A DNA stretch of 64,000 nucleotides, from positions 134,602,001 to 134,666,000 of the forward strand of contig OZ024741.1 of assembly GCA_964016885.1 (NCBI GenBank), in the 5' to 3' direction. The notes beneath the pieces are model-generated. The model saw only the letters and a program-made list of their open reading frames with translations, was not told the DNA's origin and did not search any database. Shown here one piece after another: positions 13,432 to 26,830 of this stretch (positions are counted from its first letter, which is position 1; the number at the start of each line of letters is the position of its first letter). This stretch comes from Eledone cirrhosa (Eukaryota). The translations under genes were made by a program, and so were the position numbers.

Positions 13432-13608
13432 ACACAACATTTGGTGCTCTCCTCAAAGATGTTTGCTTCAGAGATAATTCCACAGTACCAAACTTTGTAG
13501 AGAAATGCATCAAGAGTATAGAATATCGAGGGCTTAAACAAGATGGTCTGTACCGAGTTAGTGGTAACCTCGCTGAAATACAGAAACTGCGTCTTTCTGT
13601 AGACAAAA
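13432..13608 (+). CDS. RhoGAP (ARHGAP9/12/15/27 family) exon A: TTFGALLKDVC...VPNFVEKCIKSIEYRGLKQDGLYRVSGNLAEIQKLRLSVDK
   Basis: Arginine-finger motif GLYRVSG; NAGNAG acceptor CCAG/CAG (13428/13431); donor GTAAGT at 13609. Confidence 0.93.
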
Positions 13609-14304
13609 GTAAGTAGATTATGGCTTTAATATTTGTTTACCCTGACTTATAATACTGTAAGTGGCCTTTTTACTTGATAATCTACTATAATCTTTCTAGA
13701 TTTGCCCTCAAAACATCACAACAACTATAGAAAATAGTGTTATGTTTGAAAGCTACCACAATGTGAATTAGACACTAAATGTTAAAAATATAACAATGAT
13801 GTTGTGGTGTTACATTAGTTCTTTAAAGGTCCTTATATTTCAGGATGAAATCCATTCATTAAAACCCTATTTTTTTCAGTTTTCACAATGCTTCAAGCAA
13901 ACTACAACATCTTATACTAAACTATATGAAATACATGAATTTGTATATATGGCGATATACAGTATGTTTATAAATTATGTTATATATGTTTATAAATTAT
14001 GTTTATACAGTGTTTACAAACATTTTGAAAGCCTTCAGCTATGAATTTGAAAACTGATGGTGTAGTGCCATCTAGTGAATTCCAACAGAAGCTAAGAACA
14101 GGTAGCTAGCGAGGATGATGTCATCATTTCTGACTCTGGTCGTTATCAAGCTAGTGCTCCCTGACCTGCTTGCTGCTGGAACTTAACATAAGTGGAAACA
14201 CATAAATTTATCCTGTTACTATACTGGTTGTTTTTTAGTGACCATAGTAGACTAATATATATATATTCTGTCTGAATTATCCATTATTTCTTCTTCTATT
14301 TCAG

Positions 14305-14445
14305 TTAATGCAAACAGTCAATACAACTTGGATGATGAATGTTGGGATATTCACACATTAACTGGAGCCCTAAAACTGTTTTTTAGGGAACTAAAAGAGC
14401 CTTTGGTGCCATTTAATAAGTTTGATAAACTAATGGAAGTTGTCA
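14305..14445 (+). CDS. RhoGAP exon B: ...YNLDDECWDIHTLTGALKLFFRELKEPLVPF...
   Basis: DIHxxTGALKLFFREL.EP motif; TTTCAG acceptor, GTGAGT donor, phase consistent with neighbours. Confidence 0.95.
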
Positions 14446-14486
14446 GTGAGTGAATGTTTAAGTTTTTATATTAGTGTTTTCAGATC

Positions 14487-15255
14487 CAGGCAGTGAATTG
14501 GCAGAGTTGTTAGAATGTCAGATAGAATTCTTTGTAGTATTCATTCCGGCTCTCTACTCTCTGAGTTCAAATTCTGCCGAGGTCAACTTTGCCTTTCATC
14601 AATTTGAGATAGATAAGAAAAAGTACTGGGGTTCAATCCTTTCTTTATATCTCTTTCTCACATCCTTTCTCTCACTCTCTATCATTTTCTGGAAGAAATC
14701 TGCTGTATTCAGACCTGGGGAAGGTTTAAAAACGTCTCTAGAAATGCTGTATGTCAAACAACACCCCTATAACTCTCTCAGGAGTTACAGAACCATGCAT
14801 GCATTTTCAGATATTATTATTATTATTATTATTATTATTAGAGGGCGATAGGGCAGTGGATTTGCAGTATCAGTAGAGGGTCAGATGCTATGCTTTGCAG
14901 CATAGAATTTCGTCCCTTTACGATCTGAGTTCGAAACCTGCTGAGATTAACTTTGCCTTTCATCCTTACGGGGTCGATAAAATAAAGTACCAGTAATGCA
15001 CTGGGATAATTGCTGGCCTTGTGCCAAAAGTAGAAACAATTATTAGAGGGCGATAGATTGGCAGGATTGGTGGAGCATTGGACAACATGCTTTTATATAG
15101 TTATGGCTCTTAAAGTTCTGAGGTCAAACACTGCCCTTGTTGGCTTTGCCTTTCATTCTTACAAATCCATAGTACCAATAATGCACTGGGGTCAATTTAA
15201 TTGATTTTTTCCCTCTACGCAGAAAGTTTTGGCCTTGTCGCTAAATCAGAAACCC
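14487..15255 (+). mobile_element. Cluster of three tRNA-derived SINEs (core GCCTTTCATCCTT.CGGGGTCGATAAA, Meta/MESC-like)
   Basis: B-box-like GAGTTC(G/A)AA followed by the conserved core; the same family occurs at ~8350, 13110, 21815, 27100, 35175, 36890(-), 37520(-), 51510(-). Confidence 0.8.
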
Positions 15256-15567
15256 TTATTATTATTATTATTATTATTATATTTCATATCTGTATTTTTG
15301 TCATTTTCATAGTATTAATTAAAATTTCCCTTTAATGTGTGTGTGTGTATGTATGTATGTATGTATGTATGTATGTATGGATGGATGTATGTGTGTGTGT
15401 GTGTCTGTGTGTGTGTATGGATGGATGGATGTGTGTGTGTGTCTGTGTGTGTATGTATGTATGTATGGATGGATGGATGGATGGATGTGTGTGTGTCTGT
15501 GTATGGATGGATGGATGGATGTGTGTGTATGCATATATATATAATATATTTCTATATTGTTATTCAG

Positions 15568-15682
15568 GAGCAGAAAGTGGAACAAACCGCGAGGAAACTT
15601 TAAGGAAATACAAAGAAATTATTCATGGCTTCCCCAAGTGCCACTTAGAGACACTTAAGATGCTTCTTCAACACCTACTAAG
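15568..15682 (+). CDS. RhoGAP exon C: AESGTNREETLRKYKEIIHGFPKCHLETLKMLLQHLLR
   Basis: TTCAG acceptor, GT donor at 15683; in frame with flanking exons. Confidence 0.9.
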
Positions 15683-15768
15683 GTCAGCATATTGCGATTT
15701 TATTTGATGTGTAACTGCCTCTAAAACTCTGACCCATGCCCAAAACAGGGTCAACAGAAACTATTTTG

Positions 15769-16212
15769 TTAACTCTTTTGATACAAAACTAATTGTTTTA
15801 AAGTGTTTATATTTATCTAAAAACCTTCTATCATTATTTTAATAACCTTTAAGTTATGTTCCAAATATCAACTTGATAATGAGAAAATTAGTTATATTAC
15901 TAAATCCTTCCAAATTTTTTGTAATTTTCAAAATTATTTCAAAATCATATGCAATGTATTTCATTAGAAATATGGTAATGAAAGGGTTAAAATGTTTATA
16001 TTTATCTAAAAACCTTTCATCATAATTTTAAGTAAGAACCTGTAAGTTATGCTCTAAACACCAGCTTAATAAAAAGAGAGTTAATTATATTATTAAATCC
16101 CTTCAAATTCTTATTCTCAAAACTATTTCAAAACCATATGCAGTATCTTTCATTAGAAATCATCATCGTTTAACATCCATTTTCGACGCTAGCATGGTAA
16201 TGAAAGGGTTAA
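15769..16212. mobile_element. piggyBac-like MITE with ~195-bp internal tandem units
   Basis: TTAACTCTTTTGATAC ... GGTAATGAAAGGGTTAA ends; related copy at 42135-42787. Confidence 0.55.
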
Positions 16213-16543
16213 AATGTTTAAACTCTTTTATAACTGTCACCACCCTTCATACATGTCTTCATTTCTGTTGAATATCTTTGTCTTTTAAAACCTCCCACTC
16301 TATCTCTCATCTATTTCTCTGTAGCCATATTCATATTATATAATATTTATACTAGTACATTACCTGTTCTTTTATGGAGAGAATGAGTGGTATTAGCTTT
16401 CATCGCCAAATTGTAACAAGCTACATTTGTGGATTATATGTGTGTTTCTGTGTGTGTGTATCTATGCTTACAATGTGCATTTAACAACCAGTTTGGTTTG
16501 TTTTATGACCTGTAATGTCATCAAGCTTATATATATATATATA

Positions 16544-19500
16544 CTAGCAGTGGTACCCGGCGTTGCCCGGTATAACTCTCAATGGAGTAGTTGTTCAAAT
16601 GAACCAAAAGACTTCCGTTAAACACGGCTATAGAAGTAACAATTTATAGGTGTTGGTGCTAAAGAGGGCCTTTGAACGTTCACTTTGAAATATCTCTGCG
16701 GCAGTGCTGCCAGCAAAGATGAATCCGATGGTAACAATTTAAACTTGGTGGCCCTGAAGAGGGCCTTGGATTGTTCACTGTTAAAAGTCCCAGTGGCAGA
16801 GCTGTCAGCAAAGATGACTCTGATTAGAGGTGGTGGCCCTTAAGAAGTCCTTCACACCACTTTGGTGTGTCGTATTTGCTTTGCTTGTTATTTGAGATTG
16901 TAACCTAGAAAAGCATGTAACAGTCGGTAGCCACACAAACGGCCTTGGCAAGATCATGCTGGAATGTCAAAAATATGTGTAAATAAGATGTAGGGAAAAG
17001 TAGATTAATTAGGTTAAAACTACGGAACATCGATAGCAAAGCGTAATAGCAACATATAAATGCGGAAAACGGAGACATTGAACATTTATAATGTATAGCA
17101 AAAGCAACCTCAGAGGCGTACGTGGTATTGTCAAAAGGACAAAAATGGCACACAGATACAGCAAATGTAAGCACTTATACAAAAAAAAAAACAGCGATTA
17201 CTTGTTGGCGGATGGGGTGCCTACAAAACTTCCTTATAGACTATATTTTGGGTTTTCTCGCGAGTTGCAAAAGCAAATTGGTTATATCGGCTACCCCCTC
17301 GAGAGCAGCCAACATATAGTTGACCATGGGAGAAGCACGGTTCTTCTAAATTAAGCCCTACGACCGTCAGTGTCTGACTTTGTGATTTGTTAAACGACAT
17401 GGCGAAACTGAGCCGGAGAGGGAATTGCAGCCTTCTGAATGTGAAAGGAATGTCTTTACCGGATGGAATGAGAGGTATCCTTGGTATGAAGACAGTATCC
17501 TGTAATAATTGTTGCCTCAATAACATGAGGCATCGCCTTTGGACGACCAGACGCGTGCCGTTGGAAAGCCTTCGGGGTTCCAAATTCCTGAGGAGCATGA
17601 CAGGGGCACCTTTCTTAAGTCGCAGTAAGTGTGGTGGCAATCCAGGAGGGTCTAGGGAGTTAAGAAATTCTGTGGGGTAATTAACAACTTCGTCCGAATC
17701 AGCCATAGAGTCAAGGGACTTATAGACGTGCAGGTTTCCAGGCAAGTACAGCATGAGCTGTTCATTGATGTTTCCAACTATGTGGTTTTTCGAAGCCAAT
17801 CTTGCGCGTTCACACAACCACTCTTGATTTGTGTAGTCCTCCTCAAGATTAGGAAAAACAGACGTCCGCAACTCAGCAATTGACTTAATGCATCTGCAAA
17901 TCGCTGTGTAGTTCGTGCCTCCAGGTGCGTCCAGGAAGAATATGATTACGGATGGAATCAACGACAATGTTGTAGGCTTGTTTTTTATCCATTAGAAGTT
18001 TTGGTTCATTTTCTTCAACATACCTTTTGAGTTTGTCGACATCATATGACGTTTCACGTATAATGTCGTTGGGAATGTCAGATGGCCCATCTCAAAGTGT
18101 TTGCGGAAGCCCATATTTCTCCAAGACATCTCCGCCCATTGAAGCCACTCTGTCTATCAATCAGAGCTCTGTTATATATAGCATCTGAAAAGCCGACATC
18201 TCAGTTTGGAGATTGCAATTGAGCGAGACGCCTATATTCGTCTGCGAAATCATCTTTAAACTTTTGCCATAAAGAGTAAGGATCACTGAATTCACAGACG
18301 TGCAAGAGGATAGCAAAAAGTGCCCTTAGACTACGGGATGATTGTGAAATGGCAGCTTCCGTCAAGGTTGCATCCCATTGTGCATCATCTTCTAAAAGTC
18401 CACGCCTCAAGCAGGCTTCCCTGTACGTTCTGCATGCGTATCCATCGACGGTTCTCAGATGAGTGAAGCTGGTCGGCCCTCTTACCTCATGAAGTAGAAG
18501 TCGCAAGTAGAAGCATTCGTGTTGGGTAGGGTGGACTGTATAAACTCGCCCAAGGCAATTGTCGAATTTGATGCCTGGATGTCCAGCCACCTCTTGCCCT
18601 ACCTTCCTTCGTAGCCATTTTGTCGATGTATAGTAAGATGGTATTTCAGAATACAGCAGAGTTTGAGCGAAGTCTTCGTGTTGACAAAGTTTGAAAAAAG
18701 CTGTGAGTGTAGTTTCCTTTGGTGAAATCGCTAGCTGAGCAGCTGTTGCTTCGTTGAAATACACCTATTGACCGTTTTCAAGGTGAACGGCAAGTTGTTT
18801 AATGACAGGGTGTCGTTGGTGCAGTGGGAAACCAAAAATGCGCCAAAAGGCTTCATTGCTGCTAATGTATCGGCCTGCTTAGTAGTCAGATACCTCGTCT
18901 CTACTGTTTTCATGACAAAGACCAAAGACGTACTTTGTTTACGTACTTACAAACGTATTTAATTGATTTTACTGAGTTCAAAATTCTAGTTTATATGGGC
19001 GTTGATCGCTTTCAAGAATAGGGGGCAATATGGCACTATCCAGCTGTTGTTGATTTCGCGTTCGCCAACTTTTGCTGTGAACCCACTGTCTTCAGGTCTC
19101 CTGCGCCTATACAACGGATATCCGTCACCGCCAGTCTGTGTTTCCTGTAAAAACGGCCTGGGATATTGTTTTGTACACTTTCCGTCGTGTATGCAAGGGG
19201 ACTTCATATTGAGTCCATGTCCGCAAGGACCATGGACCATGTTTGATGTGACTATAGAGAAAAGGTCCTTGTCAATTGATGGATCAGGTAGTTCGGCAGA
19301 AATGAATTTGTCGATATAGTTTGAACTGATTTTTGAACCAACCAAATCAAGATATGGGCATGCGGCAGCCCTCGTTTCTGCCATTCAACCGTGTACATGT
19401 CACACCTGACAGGCCCAAATACCTGTCCTTTCTTTAATAAATCCATTAATTTGGATAATTTCAGACGAAACACTCTTGCTATGAGATCGTGCCTGTGTCT

Positions 19501-21343
19501 TGGCGCTTGACCGTGAAACAGTTCGTTTGTAATCTCCTTCCACTTGGGATTGAATGTAAACGTTATGCAAAGGTCGGGGCGTCCATAATGTCGTACGTAA
19601 GTCATGGCGTCCTGAGTCCTCTCGTGCATGTATTGGGGTCCCCCTGTGAACGTTGAAGGCAAAATACACACTTGCCCTAAATTGTCTGGGGATACGCGTT
19701 GTTAATTCCATCGCGTAGATGAATGTAGCATTCAGATCGAAGTTTCTTTTGATTTAATTTAATGAAGCATAACCTCTAGGACACCATTTTAACGGTCATA
19801 TCAACAGCAAATTGTTGGAAAAGGTCCCGAGAACGGTGTAGATGGTTGAATGAATTGTCCCTTACCATAAATCGGAAAGCGTAGAAATCCATGCAGGTGA
19901 CAATTTTGTTAAGATGTGCCTCGCCATTTCCTGCTGAATGTTAAGGAATGCCGAAATGGTATCCGTCCTCGCCGTTGACAAATAGCAATGGCTACTGGAG
20001 TGCATCGTAGGACCTGTGTGTCTCATTGATACGCTGTAATGTACTGTCTCGGTGCTTTAGAATGATATCTCTCTTGTTGTGCTGTTCACCACAAATATCC
20101 GCAGCAATCTCATTACATGTTGGTGCGTTGAACCGACCAGCGTGTTCTCCAGTTGGCCTTCGGTCAGCATGTATGACACACAAAAGTTTGGGTCGGTGGC
20201 TGTTTCCAAAGCGTACTTGAAACTGCGAACATAGCTATTTTTGTTATGAAGCATTTCTTGAAGTTTTATTATGGTTCCAATGTTAGTTTCGGACGAAATA
20301 GAGTTTCACATCTCTGCCTGCTCTGATAGTTTCCAACGAAGTATAACTAGAGAAATTGAGGATCCTTTTCTGCCAGAGGCTGAATAGACCCATCAAGTGG
20401 TAAATTTGCCCCTGGACCTTGAAAGTAGGCATGAACCCACGTTCCGAGGCAAGCTTTGCTCTGAAGGATGTCATCTGAAATGCGCAATTGTAGCAGCGGA
20501 TATTACGCAGAAACTTTGATTACTCCTCCGTTGTGTCTATCAAAAGAAGTTGCAATGTCTCTGGAGGGTCGGGAATAGGAGGTAGTCTAACTTTACCGTT
20601 TGAACAGCACATTCCATCTCTCTCCCCTGGCCACTTTTTCGTACGACAAAACTGGCAAGTAGAGGTCATTTTCCCAATTTGAATATTTGCATGGACGGCG
20701 TAGTCGGAGGAGGGGTTATAGTTAAAGGCCTTCAACAACCATCGTGAATTGCAAGTCCTAGAAATGCCATGTAACGATGATCACCGCTGTTCACTTAGCA
20801 GAAGTCAGCCACGTTGTTGCTCTATGGTTTCAGTATTTTGTGCAGTAGCAGCGGCATCCCTGCTTTGTCGAACGGCACATTGTCCTTCATCCTCTCGAGC
20901 GCGAGCAGCGGCTGTTGCATGGCGTCCCTGCTTCATCAAACGGTGTGTCGTCCTTCATCCTCTCGAGCGCAAGCAGCGGATGTTACAATGGCGTCCCTGC
21001 TTCATCGAACGGCGCGTTGTCCTCTCGAGTGCGAGCAGCAGCAGTTGCAGCAGCATCTTTGTTCTGTCGAAGTTCACGCCGACTGTCATCCTCCTCGATG
21101 TATGGAAAAATAACAAACAAGCAGAAATCTATAAGATTCTAACTTACTTTAGCCTCAGTAGAAGTAGGCTGATATGTAATCTTGATAAATTCTAATAAGT
21201 GAGAAACAATAATATTAGTTACTTGCCCCTTGCTTTTGCTGAGCTGGGTATGTGGTAATGGTCACAACCTTAAAAACCAATAGCGAAAGGCCTTCAAATG
21301 TTTTTAATAAATGTACGTTTATATCTATACCGCTATGTAGGAG

Positions 21344-21350
<7 letters not shown>
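16544..21350 (-). mobile_element. Helitron (RepHel), degenerate, antisense in the last RhoGAP intron
   Basis: 3' end CCGGGCAACGCCGG hairpin then CTAG|T at 16544; Zn-binding CQFC...CC segment; Rep HUH motif EWQKRGLPHAH; PIF1 helicase motifs (RLQFPLRLSFAMS, HGQLYVGCSR); 5' end not resolved (~21350 or ~21815). Confidence 0.93.
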
Positions 21351-21379
<29 letters not shown>

Positions 21380-22267
21380 CATAAAAGTTCGTTTCATACA
21401 AGAAAACATAAAAATCAGTGAAGAGAGATTACAGCTCAAAATATGAAATTTATCACTATAAACCATTCAGAAACGCTAAATACAATTCAGGTTTGAGTTG
21501 TATGAAATCCATGTTTAAAGATATTTAAGTAACAATATAAACTCATAGAGCATAAATATTATAATACAAAAGACCAAAACGGTTAATTATATTTCATTCT
21601 AATTAATTAACAAACCTTACATCCATATTTTGAGTAGATACATAATTAATTATCACTCAATTAAATAAAACAAAAAATTGGAATCAAAACTATTAAATGA
21701 AAATATAAATCAATTGATACCTCGTAAACACACCCACTCACACGCACCCTTTATTCAGTATTCATTTTGCTCTGGATTTTTGTCTATGTATTTATTATTA
21801 CTATATATATATATATTGGAAGAGTTGTTAGAATGTTGAATAGAATGCTTTATAGTATTCGTTCTGGCTCTCTGAATTCAAATCCCGCCGAGGTTAACTT
21901 TGCCTTTCATCCTTTTGAGGTCGATAAAAAAAAAAGTACCACTCTAGTACTGGGGTTGATTCTTCCTCTCTCTGGAAGAAATCTGCTGTACTCAGGCTTG
22001 GAGAGGAATGGACTCCACCAGGCTTAAAATGTCCAAGAAATGCTGTATGTCAATACAGCGCACCTACAACTCTATCAGTCGCATATTACCTTTCAAAAAT
22101 GGCGTTTATAGTAGAAAAATGCTATGTAAAATGCTTGCATCCTCGATTATGCCTAACCTCCTCCCTCTTGTCACTGGCCATTGCCATATTTCTGTGTACC
22201 TTCTTGTCAAATAGTGTTCCCAGTTCATATCCACACCTAACTAATTCATATTTCTCTTCTTTTTCAG

Positions 22268-22436
22268 AGTGATAAGATATTCTGAACACAACCGAATGCT
22301 CACTCAAAATGTTGCTATTGTCTTCGGGCCAACATTGATGTGGCCAGAACGAGAATTACACAATCTTGCCATCAGTATCACATACCAGAGTCAAATTGTT
22401 CAGTTTCTTCTTCAAAACTATGGAAGCGTCTTTTGA
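22268..22436 (+). CDS. RhoGAP terminal exon: VIRYSEHNRMLTQNVAIVFGPTLMWP...QFLLQNYGSVF*
   Basis: NRM..N.AIVFGPTL motif; strong polypyrimidine acceptor; TGA at 22434-22436. Confidence 0.95.
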
Positions 22437-24399
22437 TATCATAGATATACTTGCAAACTATGAGATGGACGTCTTAGACGGCCTGTAACCTATTTTTTTA
22501 GGTTAACTCTCTGGGTTGACATAACCCAAACCATTCCAGCTTATTTTCATGACAATAAACAATTGTGCAACATTTGTGTATACATGGAGTGTGATGTGGG
22601 AGAGAGAGGGGGTTGTTTTTTTTTCTTTTTTACTAAAAAAAAAGAGGAAAAAACCTCCCCCTCCGCCCTTGAATTTTCTGGAACAGAAAAAAATCTGTAA
22701 ACTATATACATCAAGAGTTCATTTACTTGAAGAAACAATTTTAATTTTTTTATTTTCAGTTGAAAGTTTTTTCTTGGAGATTTTGTTTTGTTTTGTTTTT
22801 TTTCTAGGTGTTTTACAGTTGCTAAATTAAATTTTAATTAACTCTAAATTAAAGTCAAAATATAAAAATTCTTCTCGCCATTCCTCAATGGTATTTCCCA
22901 TTCTTTTATTATTGAGAATTTATTTTTGTAATTCTTATTTTTCTTCTAAAGATATAGTAAACAGTTTTTATTACACCTTTCTTTGTTTAAAGACAAGAGG
23001 AGAGACTAACAATTGTCCTGCGCTGGAAGGGAGATAACTCTGGCTGTGTTCTTTATTGCAGGCTTTTCTTGTGATGAGTGTACAGGTAGCTGACAGTGAT
23101 TTTTGTGTATATACTTTCGTTATATATATATATATAATGTTTGGAATGACAAAATTCTGTCAATATAATTCGTTTGTATTTCCATTTACTTCTGTTTTAT
23201 CAAACTTTTACAAACCAAATGCTAACACGTTGTGTGTGTGTATGTGTTTGCAGTACACACACACATGTGAAATATTAACACACATACGCACACTAGTAAG
23301 CCAGTCTTACAGTTGTTGATGTCGTTTAACCCCAAGTCAATCTTGGTCGAGCAGACCCATGATTAAAGGCATTCCAGCCCTACCCATCTCATTTTTTATA
23401 TATAAGATTACACTGTCCAATGTGTCTTTTAAAACAGTTATTTGAAGGATTTTGACTGCTATCATTAGTAGGTCAACTGACTGCATAGAGGCTCCCTAAT
23501 TATATGGAAGTTATAAGTATTATTTTGTATCATAGGGTTATATGTAATATATTTTGGTTGGTATTTTCCACATTCTACCCATGTTTTGATTTGATTTCTC
23601 ATCTTCCAGTACTTTTCTTCCATGTTAGAGACAAACTAAGAGGTACTTATGCTAAGTACCACTTCCAGCTTAACTGAAACTCTAAGTTAATGTGGTTAAA
23701 CAGAGTACCACTTCCGGTCTTGGTCTCTTTTCTCTTACTCATTGCTGAGGATCAGAGACCAATGCTCATCTATATGGTGCCGTATGTTCATGATTCTCAT
23801 CAGGAAAAAAGTGACGTTGGTGGGTTCTGACCATTACTCGGAAGTTGGCTAGTGAGCTGCAGCTCATCCATTCTCATCTCAAGGATGAAGCCATTGGTCA
23901 CTTGAAGGGTAGCCACCAAGCTGACTAAGGAGTCCTGTCTATCCTAGTTTTGAAATTAGTCATTCTTCTAGACAGACTACTAACCATGGCTAACGAGCTC
24001 TGGTTACCTATTTTTTTTTTTTTTTTTTTTTTACACACTATTGGATGGCTGTTGACTCTCCTGAATTCCTCTACCCTTTGACTTCCAGTCTAAGTTGTAC
24101 TATAAGTTAATATGATTTAACAGGATGTATTCACTTCCAAATGATTGTAATTACAGGTTTATGAGGCAGTAATTCGCACACAAACAACAAACGTTTTAAG
24201 GGAACCTTAAACAGGAGTTAACCTGTTGATTTTTACTGAGGGACAAAATGCCGTCATCAGTCTGTTGGTTTACTGTTCCACCATTATTTTGTCTTGAATG
24301 GTTTTTTTTATCCACAATCAAGGAACATTTTTCATTTTTTTTTCATTTCACCATCCCCAAATGTAACGGATTTAAGAAATTCATGATGAAAATTATAAT

Positions 24400-24580
24400 T
24401 GTTGCCAATTGATGACCTCTACTTGGGACAGTGTCCAAATATTTAGATATAATTGTTGTCAATTCATGACTTCTACTTGGGACAGTGTCCAAGTATTTAG
24501 ATATAACTGTTGTCAACTGACGGCCTCCACTTGGGGAAGTGTCCAAGTGTTTAGATATAATTATTAACTGATAGGACACT
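24400..24580. repeat. ~57-bp tandem repeat x3
   Basis: Recurring CTACTTGGGACAGTGTCCAAGTATTTAGATATAA. Confidence 0.8.
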
Positions 24581-24627
24581 AACATTTCTTCTTTATTCCA
24601 TTTTCCACTATATAACTTAATTATAAA

Positions 24628-24669
<42 letters not shown>

Positions 24670-24677
24670 CATTTTGA

Positions 24678-24734
24678 GTGAGTGTCACTGATGAAAGATT
24701 ACCAAATCATGAAACAGTGATGTATGACATTCAC
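24678..24734 (+). ncRNA. Type I hammerhead ribozyme motif
   Basis: Stem I GTGAGTGTCA/TGACATTCAC; CTGATGA; stem II (A)AGATT/AATCA(T); GAAA; stem III ACA-GTGA-TGT; GUA cleavage site after 24724. Confidence 0.85.
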
Positions 24735-24939
24735 AAAACATACTGGCAACTCTGTATATTCACAGAGGAAAATAAAGAAAAATAAATTTTTTTATTCTAA
24801 TAACAAAATATTTTACTTTAGCAGTGAGGCTACTCTTATGTTTATTGTATATAAACATACTATACATGATTAAATACACCTCTATTATGCTTAAATGCTG
24901 TCTTAGTGCTACTGCAAATTATATGTATATATGTATGCA

Positions 24940-26048
24940 TATTAAGTTGGACAGAAAGCTCTTGCCGTTTTTCAAATTTTTGATTGACTTAAGATTTTTT
25001 TAACATTAGGAAAATTTTACAAGATAAATTACAAAATAATTGTCATTTGCAATTACTAGTTGCCATTGTTTAGGAAGGCACATGATTTCATCCCTGAAAC
25101 AGAGGTCTTTGACTACATAGCATTGCTCATTAGGAGAAAAAGGTAATAGGTGGGAGATCAGGTGAAGTCAGTGAGTGGGGCAGAACCTCCCAACCTACTT
25201 CCAGTAGCTTTTTATGGGTCATCTATGATGTATGCAGCTAGGCATTATCATGAAGGAATCGAACAAGACCATGGTGTTGGCACACCTGTCAATTTTCGTT
25301 GCTAATCTGTCAAGTTGTTGGCAATAGACATCAGAGGTTATTCTTGTGTTCAGTGGGAGTTGCTCATAGTGGATGACACCTTTCCAGTTCCACCAGACAC
25401 TCAGCAGGGCCTTGTGAGGTTGGAGGCCAGTGTTTGCTTGCTGTTGTGGTGCACTCTATTTATCAACATAATTGCTTGCAATTGACATTAATGTAGAGAC
25501 ACCCCTTTTTCATCACCAGTGATAACAGAATCTAACCAGTTGATTGTGTGATGGTAAGAGAACAGAGAGTCACAGCTGCTACCTGACATTCACAAATATG
25601 GTCAGTCAGATTGTGGGGCACCCATTGTTCCAACTTGAAACCTCCCTATTGCATGCAAGTGTTTGAGGTTGGCTCCCACCAGCTCATACAGTTGCTTGTC
25701 ATTGAAGTCGGAAGGACATGCTGTGCAAGGTCAATCTTTAAGGCTGTAATCACCAAAACAGAAGTGTGTAAATTAGTCCTTGGCATTGTGACACAAATGT
25801 ATTGTTAATGCGATGACTTGATGCTGTTGCACTTGGGCCAGATTTGTAGTCATAAAGTAAACAGCTACGAATAAACGATTTGGATAATCCATGTTGCTTC
25901 CCCTTTGATGGTGTAACAGAAAATGAGTAATGCACATAGTGCATCCCAATGTCACTTACGTGCACATATGCAACCTTCAACATTTCTAGAAAACTCTATC
26001 AAAATACCTCCTTTGGAAAAACTGGGAACTTTGTGTCCAACAAAATAT
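24940..26048 (-). mobile_element. Mariner transposon remnant
   Basis: TIR-like ends (ATTAAGTTGGACAGAAAG / ACTTTGTGTCCAACAAAAT); WVPH.L, VITGDEK and SPDL motifs on -. Confidence 0.8.
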
Positions 26049-26784
26049 ATTCTTTATTATGGCTAAGTGATGTCTTGTTACTCTGGATATCCACCTGTGC
26101 ATTCACTTGTCTGATTATCCTCTGAGGATGCAGGTGGAACTCCAGAATAACAAAACCCATCACTTAGCCAAAATAAAGAATATTTAATCACTAATTCGAC
26201 AGCTGAGTTCTTGCCGTTTCAACAGCTAGTTTCAGACATATATATATATCTTTCTTTCATTATAGAAAGGACTTCTACAGGACTAGAATCGTTTCATTCA
26301 TAAGAAATCATAAAGATGCCTATACTCTACTAATGTATTGAGTAACATTTATAACTGTGGTCACCTCCCGTATTCATATATGTGTGCACATGCACGCATG
26401 CATGCATGAGTGTTCTGCTTAGATAGGGCAGGATTTATAACAATTTGAGAACGGGATGTAGTGTTGATGTAAATATTCAATTAAAGCAGTCTGGCATCTG
26501 TTTTTGTAGTAAAATAATATTGTCATATATGTCATTGAATATTCAAAACGAAAGAGTCTGATATACAATGAAACAATAAGCAACACAATGAAAGTAATTA
26601 TTAATTCATTGTTTATGATTGTCAAACAATGGAATAATTGATACTTAACTTCATTTTTTGTATTCTTTCATTGTTTAACATTGTATGCGTGTATATGTAT
26701 GTGTATGCGGGAGAGTACTGATATATGTATGTTGATGCATGTGCGTGTGAACATGAACGTATATGTCTGTGCGGTAGTTATGTT

Positions 26785-26830
<46 letters not shown>

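Noticed and set aside
14840-14950. SINE heads as tRNA genes
   Set aside because: No complete cloverleaf; they continue into the SINE core and tail
24400-24580. CRISPR-like appearance of short repeats (also at 37920-38160 and 1-550)
   Set aside because: No unique spacers, eukaryotic context; ordinary minisatellites
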